A stretch of 64,000 nt of DNA, taken from NCBI GenBank assembly GCA_016929295.1, contig JAFGJB010000214.1, positions 10,261 through 74,260 of the forward strand, given 5' to 3'. Below the pieces are notes generated by a model that saw only the letters and a list, made by a program, of their open reading frames with translations, did no database searches and was not told the origin of the DNA. Both the position numbers and the translations under genes were made by a program. The DNA is from Candidatus Zhuqueibacterota bacterium (GTDB taxonomy: Bacteria; Zhuqueibacterota; Zhuqueibacteria; Residuimicrobiales; Krinioviventaceae). Below are positions 1 through 9,937 of the stretch, in pieces; within the stretch, counting starts at the first letter, position 1, and every line of letters starts with the position of its first letter.

Positions 1-3000
1 GCCGATATAGTTATAAGAGGTGGTTTCAGTTCGTTCGAACACATCAAACCATTCGCCATCGCCAATGCGCATGCGCAGATCATACTCTCCGGACAGGCCC
101 GAGCCATCCCCGTCGTCGCCACCGCTTTCGCCCCCCCACGAGACGGTGAACTTGTTGGAGACACTCTGTTCCGGCGACGAGGCAGTTGCGCCGCTTGGCG
201 GGGCGCTGTCCAGACAGATATAAAAAGAATCTGTGGCGACATTACCCGCACTGTCGGATAAAATCGCTGCGAGCGAATAACATCCGTCATTCACCTCGGC
301 GATGGAGATGATAAAATCAATTTCCTGATTCTCGCCGCCGCCAAGCTCTGTCGGCGGCTCATTGACCTGGGCGCCGCCCAACAACAGGCGCATGGAATCA
401 GGATAATTCTCACTGTAGGTAATGCGAATCTGGGCGCTGGTCGTTGAATCTGGATTCAGCCACTTGTTCTCATGCAGCGCGTTGGCAACGATGCTATTGA
501 CAATGGTTGGCGCTGTGCCGTCATATTTGATGATGGACTGACCATTTTTGTGGAAATCGCTATTGCCGGCGCCGTCCTGCAGCCAAAAATAGACGGTCGT
601 GGCGCCCTCCCGATCATACTGCAGGGTGATGGGGGGATTGCCGCCGGCGGCGCCATGGTAATCGTCCGCTGCTGCGGGCGGCGTCTGAAATTTGTAATAA
701 ATCCTCGCAATGCCACTCGGATCGGTCGGCGATATCCAGCGCACAATAAAGTCGGATGAGCGACTCCAGCGCGGCGCCGCAAAGCCGTTGATGGTGATGT
801 TTGTTGGCGCTGCCGGCGCCACCGTGTCGGTGAACTGCGTCACAACTCGGGTGACGGATTCGGCACTGCCGGTGAAATTCTCCTTGTTGCCGACATTGTC
901 ATAGGCAGCCACCTCAAAAGCATAAGTGTGGTCGGTTGCGCCATTATATAAAACGGACGTGCCTTCATATCGCGCCTGCCACAATTCCCACGCGCCATCA
1001 TCCACCTTGACCCGCACATCAAAGATACCGCTCAAGCCGGCGCCTTGTTCGATCACCTCACTGACATCCCACGAGACGATGAAATCGCCTGGCTTGGTCG
1101 TGTCCGGCGATTGCGCTCTGGTATTTTGCGGCGCAGTGCTGTCAAGCCCGAGCATGGTTGTCGCTGCCGTTTTATTGCCCGCACTATCGGCAACTGTGAC
1201 ATTCAACGTGACGATATTATCCTCAAAGCCGGCAAAATCGAGCTGAAAGCGGGCCGAGTCGACGCCCTCTCCCGGAATGACGCCACCGGACTCGAACAGA
1301 CTCGACGGTTCAAGCAGCACACTGGCGGCATGGCGCTCCTGGAAATAGACGTAAAGTGATGTGCCATGCGGTGGCACGAGCGGATTGTACCAGTGGGTGT
1401 TTTTCTCGGTGAAGGCGGGTCGGGGATTGAGCACCAGACTGTCTATTTTGGCCGGCGTCTTATCAAATCGCAATAGCACCGACGCGTTATTGCGATAATC
1501 GACATTTTGCGCCCCGTCTTGCAGCCACAGATGCAGTGCTTGTCCGTTTTCTTTTGTCGCATTGACAGCAAGGGGCGGCTGGCCGATGAATGAGGCCGTC
1601 GTATCGGCATTGCCGGTCGGTTTATCGCCCAGCTTGTAGTACGCCTTGGGAGTGCCGGTCTGATCATCCGGCGCCCTCCAGGTGATGCTAAAATCGGCTG
1701 TCGGTCGCCAGGGACTCGGATTCGCGCCATTTGCCCGTAAATCAAGGGGAGCGCCCGGCGCCAGAGAATCTCCAAGCGCCGTATTGACGGTCGTCGTCGA
1801 TTCATGGGCATATGTCCGAGTCTCTTCATTGCCCAGCCAGTCGCGGGCAACGGCTTCAAAGTGATAATTGTTGCCATCCTGTGCGTTTTGATAGATCGCC
1901 GAACGTCCGACATGATCATCGAGCCAGCGCGTCCAGCCATCCTGATTCACTTTGACATAGACATCAAAAGTGTTGGACACGCCGACGCCGGCGTCTTCAC
2001 CGGCCGTCCAGCTCACCTGAAACGACGTAGCAGCCGATACCGCCGGAGAAGCGGCCAGACTGCCGTACGGCGGCGTCGAGTCCAGACGCAGAGTATCGAC
2101 GGACTCGCCCACATTGCCGGCGCTGTCCGCAATAGAGATGAACAGTGCGCCCGTCGTTTTCGTTCGGCCCGTCAGATCGAGCGCCACAGTTTTTTTCACT
2201 CCGATGCCGCTCTGCAGAGACGTTTCAGCGATGCTGTAATTGTAATCGGTGCTCTTCAATTGAAAGCTGGCCGCATATTGTTCATGATAGGTCACTTCAA
2301 AGGTAGCGGACGATGCCGTTTCCGGATTGAACCAATCCTCGCCATAGCCCGGCGCCGGAAAACGGGTGGCGACAATCCTGGGAGAATCGATATCGTTGCG
2401 AAGTAGAACGGCGCCGGCGTTTCTGTAATCGACGTTTCCTCTGGCATCCACCAGCCAGACATACAATCGCTGCTTTCCGCTCGATTGCATTGTGACGATC
2501 ATCGAACCCTCAGCCGGTCCGGACCCACCGATGCCGCTGGTATCCGTGTTGGAGACCGGGGCAGCGCCGAGCTTCCAGTAACTGGCGACAACGCCGCTTT
2601 CATCTTCCGGTTTTATCCAGGTGATGGTGAAACGGGAATTATTTGCCCACGGACTCGGAGAGGAGCCGTTCGCCAGGAGGTTGATCGGCGGAGGTGGCGC
2701 CTCCTTGTCGTTGGCCGTCAGATCGACGAGCACTTTTGCCTCGCCATCCGCTGAAAAAGCTTCTGCAAGCCCAACAAAATCGCGCGCGACGGCTTCAAAT
2801 CGGTACTCAACGCCATCCTGTCCGCTGAACAATTTTTCACCCGCTGCCGTGGCAGTAAACCAGAGCTGCCAGGCGCCTTCGCCGGCTCTGGAATAGATAT
2901 CATAAGCGGCAATGCCGCTGCCGGCGCCATCGCTGCCGGCACTCCAACTGACGGTAAAATCTCGTTCAGCGCTGATCGTCGGGGCGCTGGCCAAACAGTT

Positions 3001-5532
3001 CTGCGGTGCAGTGCCGTCCAGGCCGACTTTGGTGCTGATCGTCGTCCGATTGCCGGCCGAATCACGCATGGCCGCTCTGAGAGTATAAAGTCGATCGGCC
3101 GGATTGATAACAGCAAAGTTGAACGCTGCTACTACATCGCTGCCGGACGGCAGATCAACGCCGGTCGCAAAGAGACTGTCTGTCAGTCCGTCTGTCGTCA
3201 GCACAGCCTTTTGCGGATTGACTTCTGTATAGGAGAGAGAAAGCGCAAAATTTTTATCTTCTTTCGAGTTGTACCATGGCTGTCCATTGGTATCAACAAA
3301 CCTTTCTGCGGGCTGGTTGACGCTCAACTGATTGAGGGATGGCGCTGTTGCATCGCGGCGCAAGTCTATTTGCGCTGTGTTGCGATGATCACTATTTCCG
3401 GCGCTGTCGGCTAACCAGACATAGAGGGGTGCGACGCCATCACTTCCCATGATGAGAACCGCGGGACCGCCGGGCGCTCCGGTGTCGTCATAGTCGGTTG
3501 CCGATGTTGGTGGAGTTGCCAACTTCCAAAAGCTCGCCTTGATGCCGCTGTCATCCGGCGGCAGATCCCAGCGCACGGTGAAATCCTGACCTGCTTGCCA
3601 CGGACTGGGATTCGCGCCGTTGGCGCGAATGTTGAGCGGCGCCGGCGGCGCTGCCGCGTCAAGGGTGAATCGCCATTCCGGCGACATCTCGCTCCACCAA
3701 AGGCCGTCCCATGCCTGGACAAACCAGGAATAGTCGCCGTCGTTCAGAGAAAGCGGGCTAGTGAATCGCACTGACCCCTGTCCCTGAGGAACGGGAGGTG
3801 TTGGCGAGAAAAGCTCGGGATTGGCGGACGATTCATAAATGATCGCCTGTCCGTCATGCGGCGTAATCGTCAAGCGGAAATGCAATTGATCGTCGAGATC
3901 AGCATCGCCGGGCGTCAGCCATTCAAAATCAACGGCCGTCGCCAGCACCGCATTATTCTCCGGCGCAAGCAAGACCGGCGCTGCCGGCGGCGAGTACCCT
4001 TCAACATTATTCATCACCAGCGTCAGAATGCCCGTCGTGTCGCCAATGAGAAAATCGAGCGCGCCATTCCCATTCAAGTCGCCGATGTCAAAACTGATCG
4101 GATTAGAGGGTATCGGCACATTCACGATGTTGTTGAATTCACCCGCCTGGTTGAGCAGCAGCCTGAGAGAATTCTGATGACTGCCGGTGAATGCCAAATC
4201 AACATCCCCATCAGCGTCAATATCTCCATAACCCAGCCAGTTGGGGCTAATGATCGTGGAAAATACTTGTGGCAAAGACGTGAAATTGAATGTCGGCAGC
4301 ATGCGCGGGTCGCTGTTTTGGCGGCCGCCATTGCGATAGAGCAGGAGCTCGCTGCCGAGATAATCAACCGCCAAAACATCCGGCAGCAAATCTCCGGTGA
4401 CATCGATGCTTGTTGAAAGCTCCAGATCACGATTGCCGGCCGGCAAGTCCGCATCCGCGCTGCGATGGTACTGCGCCTCGCCCGCATTGGCATAGAGCGA
4501 AACGGTCGCTGCCGTGCTCGTATGTCCAACCCCGATGTCGATAAAGCCAGAGCCATTCAAATCGCGGCTGAATATGCTTTCACCATTGTTCGCTGCATCA
4601 AACCAGTGAACATCATCCGGATTGATTTCGAAATGCCCAGTGCCGTCATTCAGATAGACGAAAGCGGCTTGTGCGCTGCCCTCGTTTTTGACCAGCACAA
4701 TGATATCGAGAAAACCATCCTGATTCACATCATTGATCGTCGCACTGCGCGGCTCAGCCTTCCCATCCGGCACACTGTCAACTGTGAAAGTCTCCTCAAG
4801 GGATAGCGAGCCATTCGGTCGCATGTGACAGATGCTGATACGCGGCGGGATGGAGTATTTCACCCGGCCGCGATGAATGAGGACAAAATCGGGCAGCCCG
4901 TCCGCGTTCAGGTCAGCGGCATAGAGAGGGCGAACGCGATCGGGCAAGACAACGCTGCTGCCGAGCTCTAACTGATTGTCGCGGAAATAGGCCACCTGCA
5001 GGATGTCGACATTCCCCTTTGAGCCGGCAAATACGACATCGCTTTTGTCATCACCATCCAGTTCTACCGCCACCACGGCGGTCAGGCGAATTCCGGTTGA
5101 ATAGCTGGTCGTGGCGAAATGAACACCGCCGGCCCGGGAGGCGATATCGAATTCCCAGACAAAGCCCTTATCGAGAATCCCCATACCAGGATTGTCCTGT
5201 CGTGCCAAAATAGCGGTGATCCTGTCGCCAATCAAAAAACTCTCATCTGCGGTGAATACGACGGTCGAATCGTCATCCGTAAGAGCGACAGTGCCGGCAA
5301 TTTTGCCGCTGCGCATCCCATAGACCGTCAGCATGTCGGCAAAATAAAGCGCGCTCACCGGCTGGTTGAAATGTATCGATATTGGTTCATCTCGATCAAC
5401 ATCAACCTGATTGGGTTTGGGATCGAAGGCGACGATTTTCAGCGAGTCAAGGCTCGTCTGAGCAGCGGGATTCGCGGCGAAAAGGATGAAAATTGTCAGG
5501 ATGATGAAAAATTGTAGCAAAAAGCGTTGCAT
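1..5532 (-). CDS. Giant secreted surface/adhesin-like protein, partial (C-terminus lies beyond window position 1). It has a signal peptide, a bacterial Ig-like domain, an FG-GAP/VCBS beta-propeller region, and at least 4 tandem ~313-aa superrepeats of Fn3-like/Ig-like modules.
   Basis: Hand translation of the minus strand from ATG (complement of 5530-5532) gives an uninterrupted frame to position 1 (1844 codons), beginning MQRFLLQFFIILTIFILFAANPAAQ (signal peptide). An AAGGA Shine-Dalgarno lies 6 nt upstream. FG-GAP-like motifs are present: DGDDKSDVVFAG, DLNADGLPDFVL, INDVNQDGFLDIIV, GDIDADGDVDLAFTG, GDLNGNGALDFLIGD. A repeated module ANGANPSPW...F(T/S)(V/I)(R/T)W recurs at DNA positions ~3640, ~2690, ~1750 and ~810. 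A second repeated module D(S/G)TAP...SW..G.D.G.G(I/L)...D(V/I)...G.W..W....Y.FEAVARD recurs with the same period. The ORF track omits this frame because there is no stop codon inside the window. All plus-strand ORFs here are short and scattered across frames, as expected for antisense of a high-GC gene. Confidence 0.8.
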   Translation of the reverse strand, partial: MQRFLLQFFIILTIFILFAANPAAQTSLDSLKIVAFDPKPNQVDVDRDEPISIHFNQPVSALYFADMLTVYGMRSGKIAGTVALTDDDSTVVFTADESFLIGDRITAILARQDNPGMGILDKGFVWEFDIASRAGGVHFATTSYSTGIRLTAVVAVELDGDDKSDVVFAGSKGNVDILQVAYFRDNQLELGSSVVLPDRVRPLYAADLNADGLPDFVLIHRGRVKYSIPPRISICHMRPNGSLSLEETFTVDSVPDGKAEPRSATINDVNQDGFLDIIVLVKNEGSAQAAFVYLNDGTGHFEINPDDVHWFDAANNGESIFSRDLNGSGFIDIGVGHTSTAATVSLYANAGEAQYHRSADADLPAGNRDLELSTSIDVTGDLLPDVLAVDYLGSELLLYRNGGRQNSDPRMLPTFNFTSLPQVFSTIISPNWLGYGDIDADGDVDLAFTGSHQNSLRLLLNQAGEFNNIVNVPIPSNPISFDIGDLNGNGALDFLIGDTTGILTLVMNNVEGYSPPAAPVLLAPENNAVLATAVDFEWLTPGDADLDDQLHFRLTITPHDGQAIIYESSANPELFSPTPPVPQGQGSVRFTSPLSLNDGDYSWFVQAWDGLWWSEMSPEWRFTLDAAAPPAPLNIRANGANPSPWQAGQDFTVRWDLPPDDSGIKASFWKLATPPTSATDYDDTGAPGGPAVLIMGSDGVAPLYVWLADSAGNSDHRNTAQIDLRRDATAPSLNQLSVNQPAERFVDTNGQPWYNSKEDKNFALSLSYTEVNPQKAVLTTDGLTDSLFATGVDLPSGSDVVAAFNFAVINPADRLYTLRAAMRDSAGNRTTISTKVGLDGTAPQNCLASAPTISAERDFTVSWSAGSDGAGSGIAAYDIYSRAGEGAWQLWFTATAAGEKLFSGQDGVEYRFEAVARDFVGLAEAFSADGEAKVLVDLTANDKEAPPPPINLLANGSSPSPWANNSRFTITWIKPEDESGVVASYWKLGAAPVSNTDTSGIGGSGPAEGSMIVTMQSSGKQRLYVWLVDARGNVDYRNAGAVLLRNDIDSPRIVATRFPAPGYGEDWFNPETASSATFEVTYHEQYAASFQLKSTDYNYSIAETSLQSGIGVKKTVALDLTGRTKTTGALFISIADSAGNVGESVDTLRLDSTPPYGSLAASPAVSAATSFQVSWTAGEDAGVGVSNTFDVYVKVNQDGWTRWLDDHVGRSAIYQNAQDGNNYHFEAVARDWLGNEETRTYAHESTTTVNTALGDSLAPGAPLDLRANGANPSPWRPTADFSITWRAPDDQTGTPKAYYKLGDKPTGNADTTASFIGQPPLAVNATKENGQALHLWLQDGAQNVDYRNNASVLLRFDKTPAKIDSLVLNPRPAFTEKNTHWYNPLVPPHGTSLYVYFQERHAASVLLEPSSLFESGGVIPGEGVDSARFQLDFAGFEDNIVTLNVTVADSAGNKTAATTMLGLDSTAPQNTRAQSPDTTKPGDFIVSWDVSEVIEQGAGLSGIFDVRVKVDDGAWELWQARYEGTSVLYNGATDHTYAFEVAAYDNVGNKENFTGSAESVTRVVTQFTDTVAPAAPTNITINGFAAPRWSRSSDFIVRWISPTDPSGIARIYYKFQTPPAAADDYHGAAGGNPPITLQYDREGATTVYFWLQDGAGNSDFHKNGQSIIKYDGTAPTIVNSIVANALHENKWLNPDSTTSAQIRITYSENYPDSMRLLLGGAQVNEPPTELGGGENQEIDFIISIAEVNDGCYSLAAILSDSAGNVATDSFYICLDSAPPSGATASSPEQSVSNKFTVSWGGESGGDDGDGSGLSGEYDLRMRIGDGEWFDVFERTETTSYNYIG

Positions 5533-5560
5533 TTTTCCTTTTATTTCTAATACTCAACTA

Positions 5561-7528
5561 TTATAACACCTTACATCGGATATTTATTTTCTGATCAGGC
5601 CGAATAAATATTAAAGTGTCTGCCGGCGAAAGCTTGAATTCAGCCCGGGAAATTCGAATGCGATGCCATCCGACAGGCAGACTCTTGCGCAGAGGCGTCG
5701 CGTATTGCTCGGACTCTTGGTCAATAGTGACGAAAGCATAGCCAAAACGAGATGCATTGTCCAGAGCAACAGCGACTTCCCCGGAACCGACGTTATCGGT
5801 TGAGAGCGAAATCCGCTGATTGTTCTCGCGCAATTCGACGATTGTGCTCCAGGCAAAATCTGCTTTGGAATCAATAAAAGTCACGCCGATGGCGCCAAAT
5901 GGCAGCTGCAAAGTAGAGGGCAAATTTCTGGCCAAACTTTCTTCACCCAAACGTATCTTGTCGGCAAACGGCACTTTTTCAAATGTGAATGTCCCCAACT
6001 TTGCCACCGGCGTCAGCTCGATATTAAGAGACTTTTTCTCGTTTGCCATTTGAATGCGCTGCTGCCACGTCTCAAAGCCTTCTTTTTCTACGCGCAGCGT
6101 ATATGTTTGATCCGCAACAAGTTTGTCTATTGTCAGCAGGCCATCAGCGCCGGACTGTCCCCGATGCCGGCCATTGACAAAAACATCGGCCATGCCGTCG
6201 TGCGAGCCGGCTTTCACCGCTAACAGCAGATCGACATATTGCAAGACGGCGGCCTCCTGTTCCTGTCGGGGAGCTGTTTTTATCGCGTCCGGTCCCTCTT
6301 CCTCGGGCACAACCGCTGCCGTCTCTATCTGTTCGGACAATCGCTCATCAGCTCGCATTGTGGTCACGGAATCCACTTGCTGATTCATCTCTTCCTTCGT
6401 CGTTGTCGTCTCTTCCGGAGCGACATATTGCTCGACGACGAACTCATCATAGGTGCGCTGAAATCGTCTTTCATCTCGTGATGATAGATGGGTGAAAAGG
6501 ATGATGCTCAGCAAAAGCACCAGAAAAAGCATGCCCACGACCGCCGTATAAGCCGTTCTTTTTTTACTGCCGACGAGATTTTTTGACAGCGGATTCATGA
6601 AATCGAAAAAACCGCGCACGCGCGACAGTCCCGCCTCCTGTTGCGCCGGCGCACTGTGCGAAGGGACGTCGCTGGTTTCAGGGGGACTGAGGATGTTGAG
6701 AAGAGAGTTCAAACCGACTCGGCTCTGCGGCCGTGGATCAAGAAGAGAGAGCGTGATGTCGGAGACCGCATGGGAAATTTTCGGATTCTCCCGGTTGGGC
6801 GGAAGGATGGTGGAGCGTTTTTCCTGTTTGAGATCGACAATTTTTTTCTGCGAAAAAGGTAATTTGCCCAGCAGTAGTTGATAAAGCAGCACACCCAGCG
6901 CATAGGAGTCGTCCGGCATGGGTTGCGTCGCCAGTGCCAGGCTCTCTGGCGGCATGTATGGATTGACGGACAGCGCTACATCCTGCCTTTTATCGTAAAG
7001 AGAGGCAAGAATGACATCAGAGCCAAAGCCGAGGACCTTGACGTCATCTTGAAATTTCGCCAGCAAAACGACCTGCGGGCTCAACCAGCCGTGTCGAATA
7101 CCCCGAATCTGGGCATATTGCAGCGCTTCGGCTATTTGTCTGACAATCGTCAACACGCGTCTTTCGACGAGAGGGACATGCGCATCAAGCAACGACTGCA
7201 AAGATCGGCCATTAAAAAAGTCATAGACAAGGAAATGACCCTCAGCTGTCTCCTCGAACGCTCGCGGCAGGAGAATGGCATCGTGCTGCAAGGAAGAGGC
7301 TGAACGAAACATCTCGTACAAAAGAGCCACGAGCTCACGATCTTGCGAGACAGATTCATCCATCACCTGCACAAGATGGCGTGTTTCCGATTCTACATGC
7401 AGGGCTTCGAACAAGGTCCAAAAAGGTCCGCTGACGATGAGACGATGACTTTTATATCCTGGTATTTTCATGGATTCCACTGTCATTACTTTACGATTCC
7501 ATGCACAATATATGGAAAAGAGAACCAA
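5561..7528 (-). CDS. Membrane-anchored Ser/Thr protein-kinase-like domain (predicted pseudokinase), then a single TM helix and extracytoplasmic PEGA domain(s).
   Basis: A kinase-fold region carries degenerate motifs: IRHGWLSPQVVLL in place of HRDLKPENILL (catalytic Asp absent) and GFG in place of DFG. No VAIK lysine or Gly-rich loop is recognisable, although the APE-like PPE and C-lobe pattern YALGVLLYQLLLGKLPF are retained. The TM segment is AYTAVVGMLFLVLLLSIILF. The C-terminal PEGA-like region is VEKEGFETWQQRI. The gene lies 28 bp upstream of the giant gene on the same strand. Confidence 0.65.
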   Translation of the reverse strand: MVLFSIYCAWNRKVMTVESMKIPGYKSHRLIVSGPFWTLFEALHVESETRHLVQVMDESVSQDRELVALLYEMFRSASSLQHDAILLPRAFEETAEGHFLVYDFFNGRSLQSLLDAHVPLVERRVLTIVRQIAEALQYAQIRGIRHGWLSPQVVLLAKFQDDVKVLGFGSDVILASLYDKRQDVALSVNPYMPPESLALATQPMPDDSYALGVLLYQLLLGKLPFSQKKIVDLKQEKRSTILPPNRENPKISHAVSDITLSLLDPRPQSRVGLNSLLNILSPPETSDVPSHSAPAQQEAGLSRVRGFFDFMNPLSKNLVGSKKRTAYTAVVGMLFLVLLLSIILFTHLSSRDERRFQRTYDEFVVEQYVAPEETTTTKEEMNQQVDSVTTMRADERLSEQIETAAVVPEEEGPDAIKTAPRQEQEAAVLQYVDLLLAVKAGSHDGMADVFVNGRHRGQSGADGLLTIDKLVADQTYTLRVEKEGFETWQQRIQMANEKKSLNIELTPVAKLGTFTFEKVPFADKIRLGEESLARNLPSTLQLPFGAIGVTFIDSKADFAWSTIVELRENNQRISLSTDNVGSGEVAVALDNASRFGYAFVTIDQESEQYATPLRKSLPVGWHRIRISRAEFKLSPADTLIFIRPDQKINIRCKVL

Positions 7529-7561
7529 TATGCAAACATGTGAGTTTTTTTATCATGTGGT

Positions 7562-9937
7562 TCATAGTGCGACCATTTTCTCCGGATAGATCATGAACTG
7601 AATCGCGCCGTAGCGGGATGTCCTCAGAATGCGCGTCCCTTCCTCTTCATAATCATTCAGCAAGGATTCGGATGGCAAGCCAAACTTGTTAAATCGCGCC
7701 ACAGATACAATTCCATAATCCGCTGCAACTCGCCGACGAAATGCCCTGTCTCCGGCCGTATCACTGCCGTGATGCGCTACCTTGAGCAGCGATGACTGCA
7801 ATAGGTCCTCATAGCGGAGCATTGATGATTCCGCCGCTTTTTCAGCATCCCCGGTCATCAGGACAGAGTGCGCAAAATAGATGCATTTGAGAACAATGGA
7901 ACTGTTATTGGCGTCCGATAAATTGTCATCATGCAGGGTAAACCTTTTTGTCGGATGAAAAACCAAAATGAGAACATTTTCGTCGATCAACAGCGTATCG
8001 CCTGCCTGTACATATTTGATCGGCACGCCATTGTGTTCAGCACAATCTTGAATAGCAGCATCCAGCTCGGAATCAGCTGACGCGGCGGCCTTTATCAGAC
8101 GGCCAACGCACTTTTGACTCATTAAATAGGAGGCGCCGCCCACATGATCCGAATGATTGTGAGTGAGAACGAGATGATCTATTTTTTTTGTCCCGTGCCG
8201 GACAAGATAAGGGTAGATGATACGTTCACCGCAATCGATGGTCATCGTCCGACCGCCGGCATCGACGAGCATCGTCTTGCCGTTCGGGAACTCGAATAGC
8301 GTAGCATCTCCTTGTCCCACATCAAAAAAGGTCACTTTGAGGCCGTCGTGGCGCCGCACTCCCATCCACACATGAGAATTTAAAAGAAAAATAATCGTAA
8401 AAAAGAAAAATTTTCGTGCCCGAATATGTGGCCACAATACGAACAACAGCACGCACGAATTGTAAACCAGCAGATGAAAAGCGGATGGACGGGGCAAGGA
8501 GAGCCATGCGAACGGCAGATGTTGCACATTATCCACAAAAATGATCAAGCCGTTGAGCAGAAGCGACGCCGTCGTGAGAAAGATTGCGCCACAACTGCCG
8601 GACACCAGCGACGCGCACACAGCAATCATGCCCACAGCCACGACAAGGGCGATCAGCGGTATCACTATGATATTGGCGAAAATGGCGATCAAAGAGAGGC
8701 GGTTGTAATAAAACAGCGTCAGAGGCAGCGTGCCGATCTGGGCGGCGAGGGAGACGGAGAAGAGATTGATGATCCAGATAAAGACCGTTTGTCCTTTCTC
8801 TCTCATTCTGAGCAGCAGCGGATTGAGCAGCGCTGACAGACGGCCGTAGAGGAAAATTATGCTCACGACAGCGGTAAAGCTCAACTGAAAACCCGGCTCA
8901 AACAACTCTAGCGGCGAACAAGCGAGAATGATCAAAGCGGCGACCGCCAACAAATTCAGCAGATGAGCGCGACGCTGCAGCAGCATGCCGGCCAAGTAGA
9001 GGATGGCCAAAATCACGGCTCGACAAACCGACGCTCGCATGCCGGTCAGCAAGGCATAAAAGACGAGGCAGGCCATTATCAAAAAGGAGCGCCAGGGATC
9101 CGGAATTCTCACAAAGCGGAAAAAGCCGGTCAGAGCGGCGAGGACAAAACCGACATGCAATCCCGAGACGGCCAACACATGAATGACACCGACGTTGGCG
9201 AATCCCTCCTGCAGATCATCATCGAGATTTTCACGCGCGCCGACGAGCAATGCCTTGAGCAGCGCCGCCGGTTGACCGGATAACGACGCGTCGATGACCG
9301 ATATGATGAATGATCGAACCGGATAGAGGGCGCGACGCATGAAGGGATTGCCCTCTCCTGCATTCAGAACGAGAAGATGGTTGGCGGAGATGATGCGCAG
9401 GGTCGTATGAATATTGCGCGCGGCGAGGTATTTTTGATAGTTGAATTCTCCCGGATTTCTCTCCCCGGGCGGCAGCCACAACTGGCCGCGCGCGACGATT
9501 CTGTCGCCATAATCCAGATGCGAATTGACCACAGGCAATTGTAACAGACATTTCCCTTTTGCCGGATAAACACGATTCAGCACCCATACGCTGTCCGTCC
9601 GCACAACCGCTCTCATTCCCCTGTCACTGGACTCCACCGGCCCGCAAATGACGCCCTCGATGGCGACAACGTGCGGCAAATCGGCAAATTCTTTAATAGA
9701 CCCGCAGCGCTCCAGGGTCTCTAATCGCAGGTGCAAAAAACCGGTCACAAACAGCATTGGCAAAAGACACATGTCGGGCAAACGGCAAACACGACAAATG
9801 ATGCAGAGGATAGCGAAAAGAATGAAAAGCACGAGGATGGGCAACCTGAGATAATTGGCTGCCATTATTCCGGCCACAAAGGGCAGGACAGCAGCCAGGG
9901 CCGGCTTGTTCGACAGCCAGCGTATCAGCTCATTCAT
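7562..9937 (-). CDS. comEC: ComEC/Rec2 DNA internalisation-related competence protein with a C-terminal metallo-beta-lactamase domain
   Basis: Polytopic membrane N-terminal region. The MBL motifs are LVLTHNHSDHVGGASYL and KVAHHGSDTAG. Confidence 0.8.
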   Translation of the reverse strand: MNELIRWLSNKPALAAVLPFVAGIMAANYLRLPILVLFILFAILCIICRVCRLPDMCLLPMLFVTGFLHLRLETLERCGSIKEFADLPHVVAIEGVICGPVESSDRGMRAVVRTDSVWVLNRVYPAKGKCLLQLPVVNSHLDYGDRIVARGQLWLPPGERNPGEFNYQKYLAARNIHTTLRIISANHLLVLNAGEGNPFMRRALYPVRSFIISVIDASLSGQPAALLKALLVGARENLDDDLQEGFANVGVIHVLAVSGLHVGFVLAALTGFFRFVRIPDPWRSFLIMACLVFYALLTGMRASVCRAVILAILYLAGMLLQRRAHLLNLLAVAALIILACSPLELFEPGFQLSFTAVVSIIFLYGRLSALLNPLLLRMREKGQTVFIWIINLFSVSLAAQIGTLPLTLFYYNRLSLIAIFANIIVIPLIALVVAVGMIAVCASLVSGSCGAIFLTTASLLLNGLIIFVDNVQHLPFAWLSLPRPSAFHLLVYNSCVLLFVLWPHIRARKFFFFTIIFLLNSHVWMGVRRHDGLKVTFFDVGQGDATLFEFPNGKTMLVDAGGRTMTIDCGERIIYPYLVRHGTKKIDHLVLTHNHSDHVGGASYLMSQKCVGRLIKAAASADSELDAAIQDCAEHNGVPIKYVQAGDTLLIDENVLILVFHPTKRFTLHDDNLSDANNSSIVLKCIYFAHSVLMTGDAEKAAESSMLRYEDLLQSSLLKVAHHGSDTAGDRAFRRRVAADYGIVSVARFNKFGLPSESLLNDYEEEGTRILRTSRYGAIQFMIYPEKMVAL

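Noticed and set aside
20-5517. Many 60-200-aa ORFs on both strands in the ORF track across the first 5.5 kb (e.g. 1804..2406 +, 3856..4416 +, 1443..1940 -)
   Set aside because: They are scattered across frames and strands and have biased amino-acid composition. They fall antisense or out-of-frame to the single 1844-codon open frame on the minus strand, so they are artefacts of high GC.
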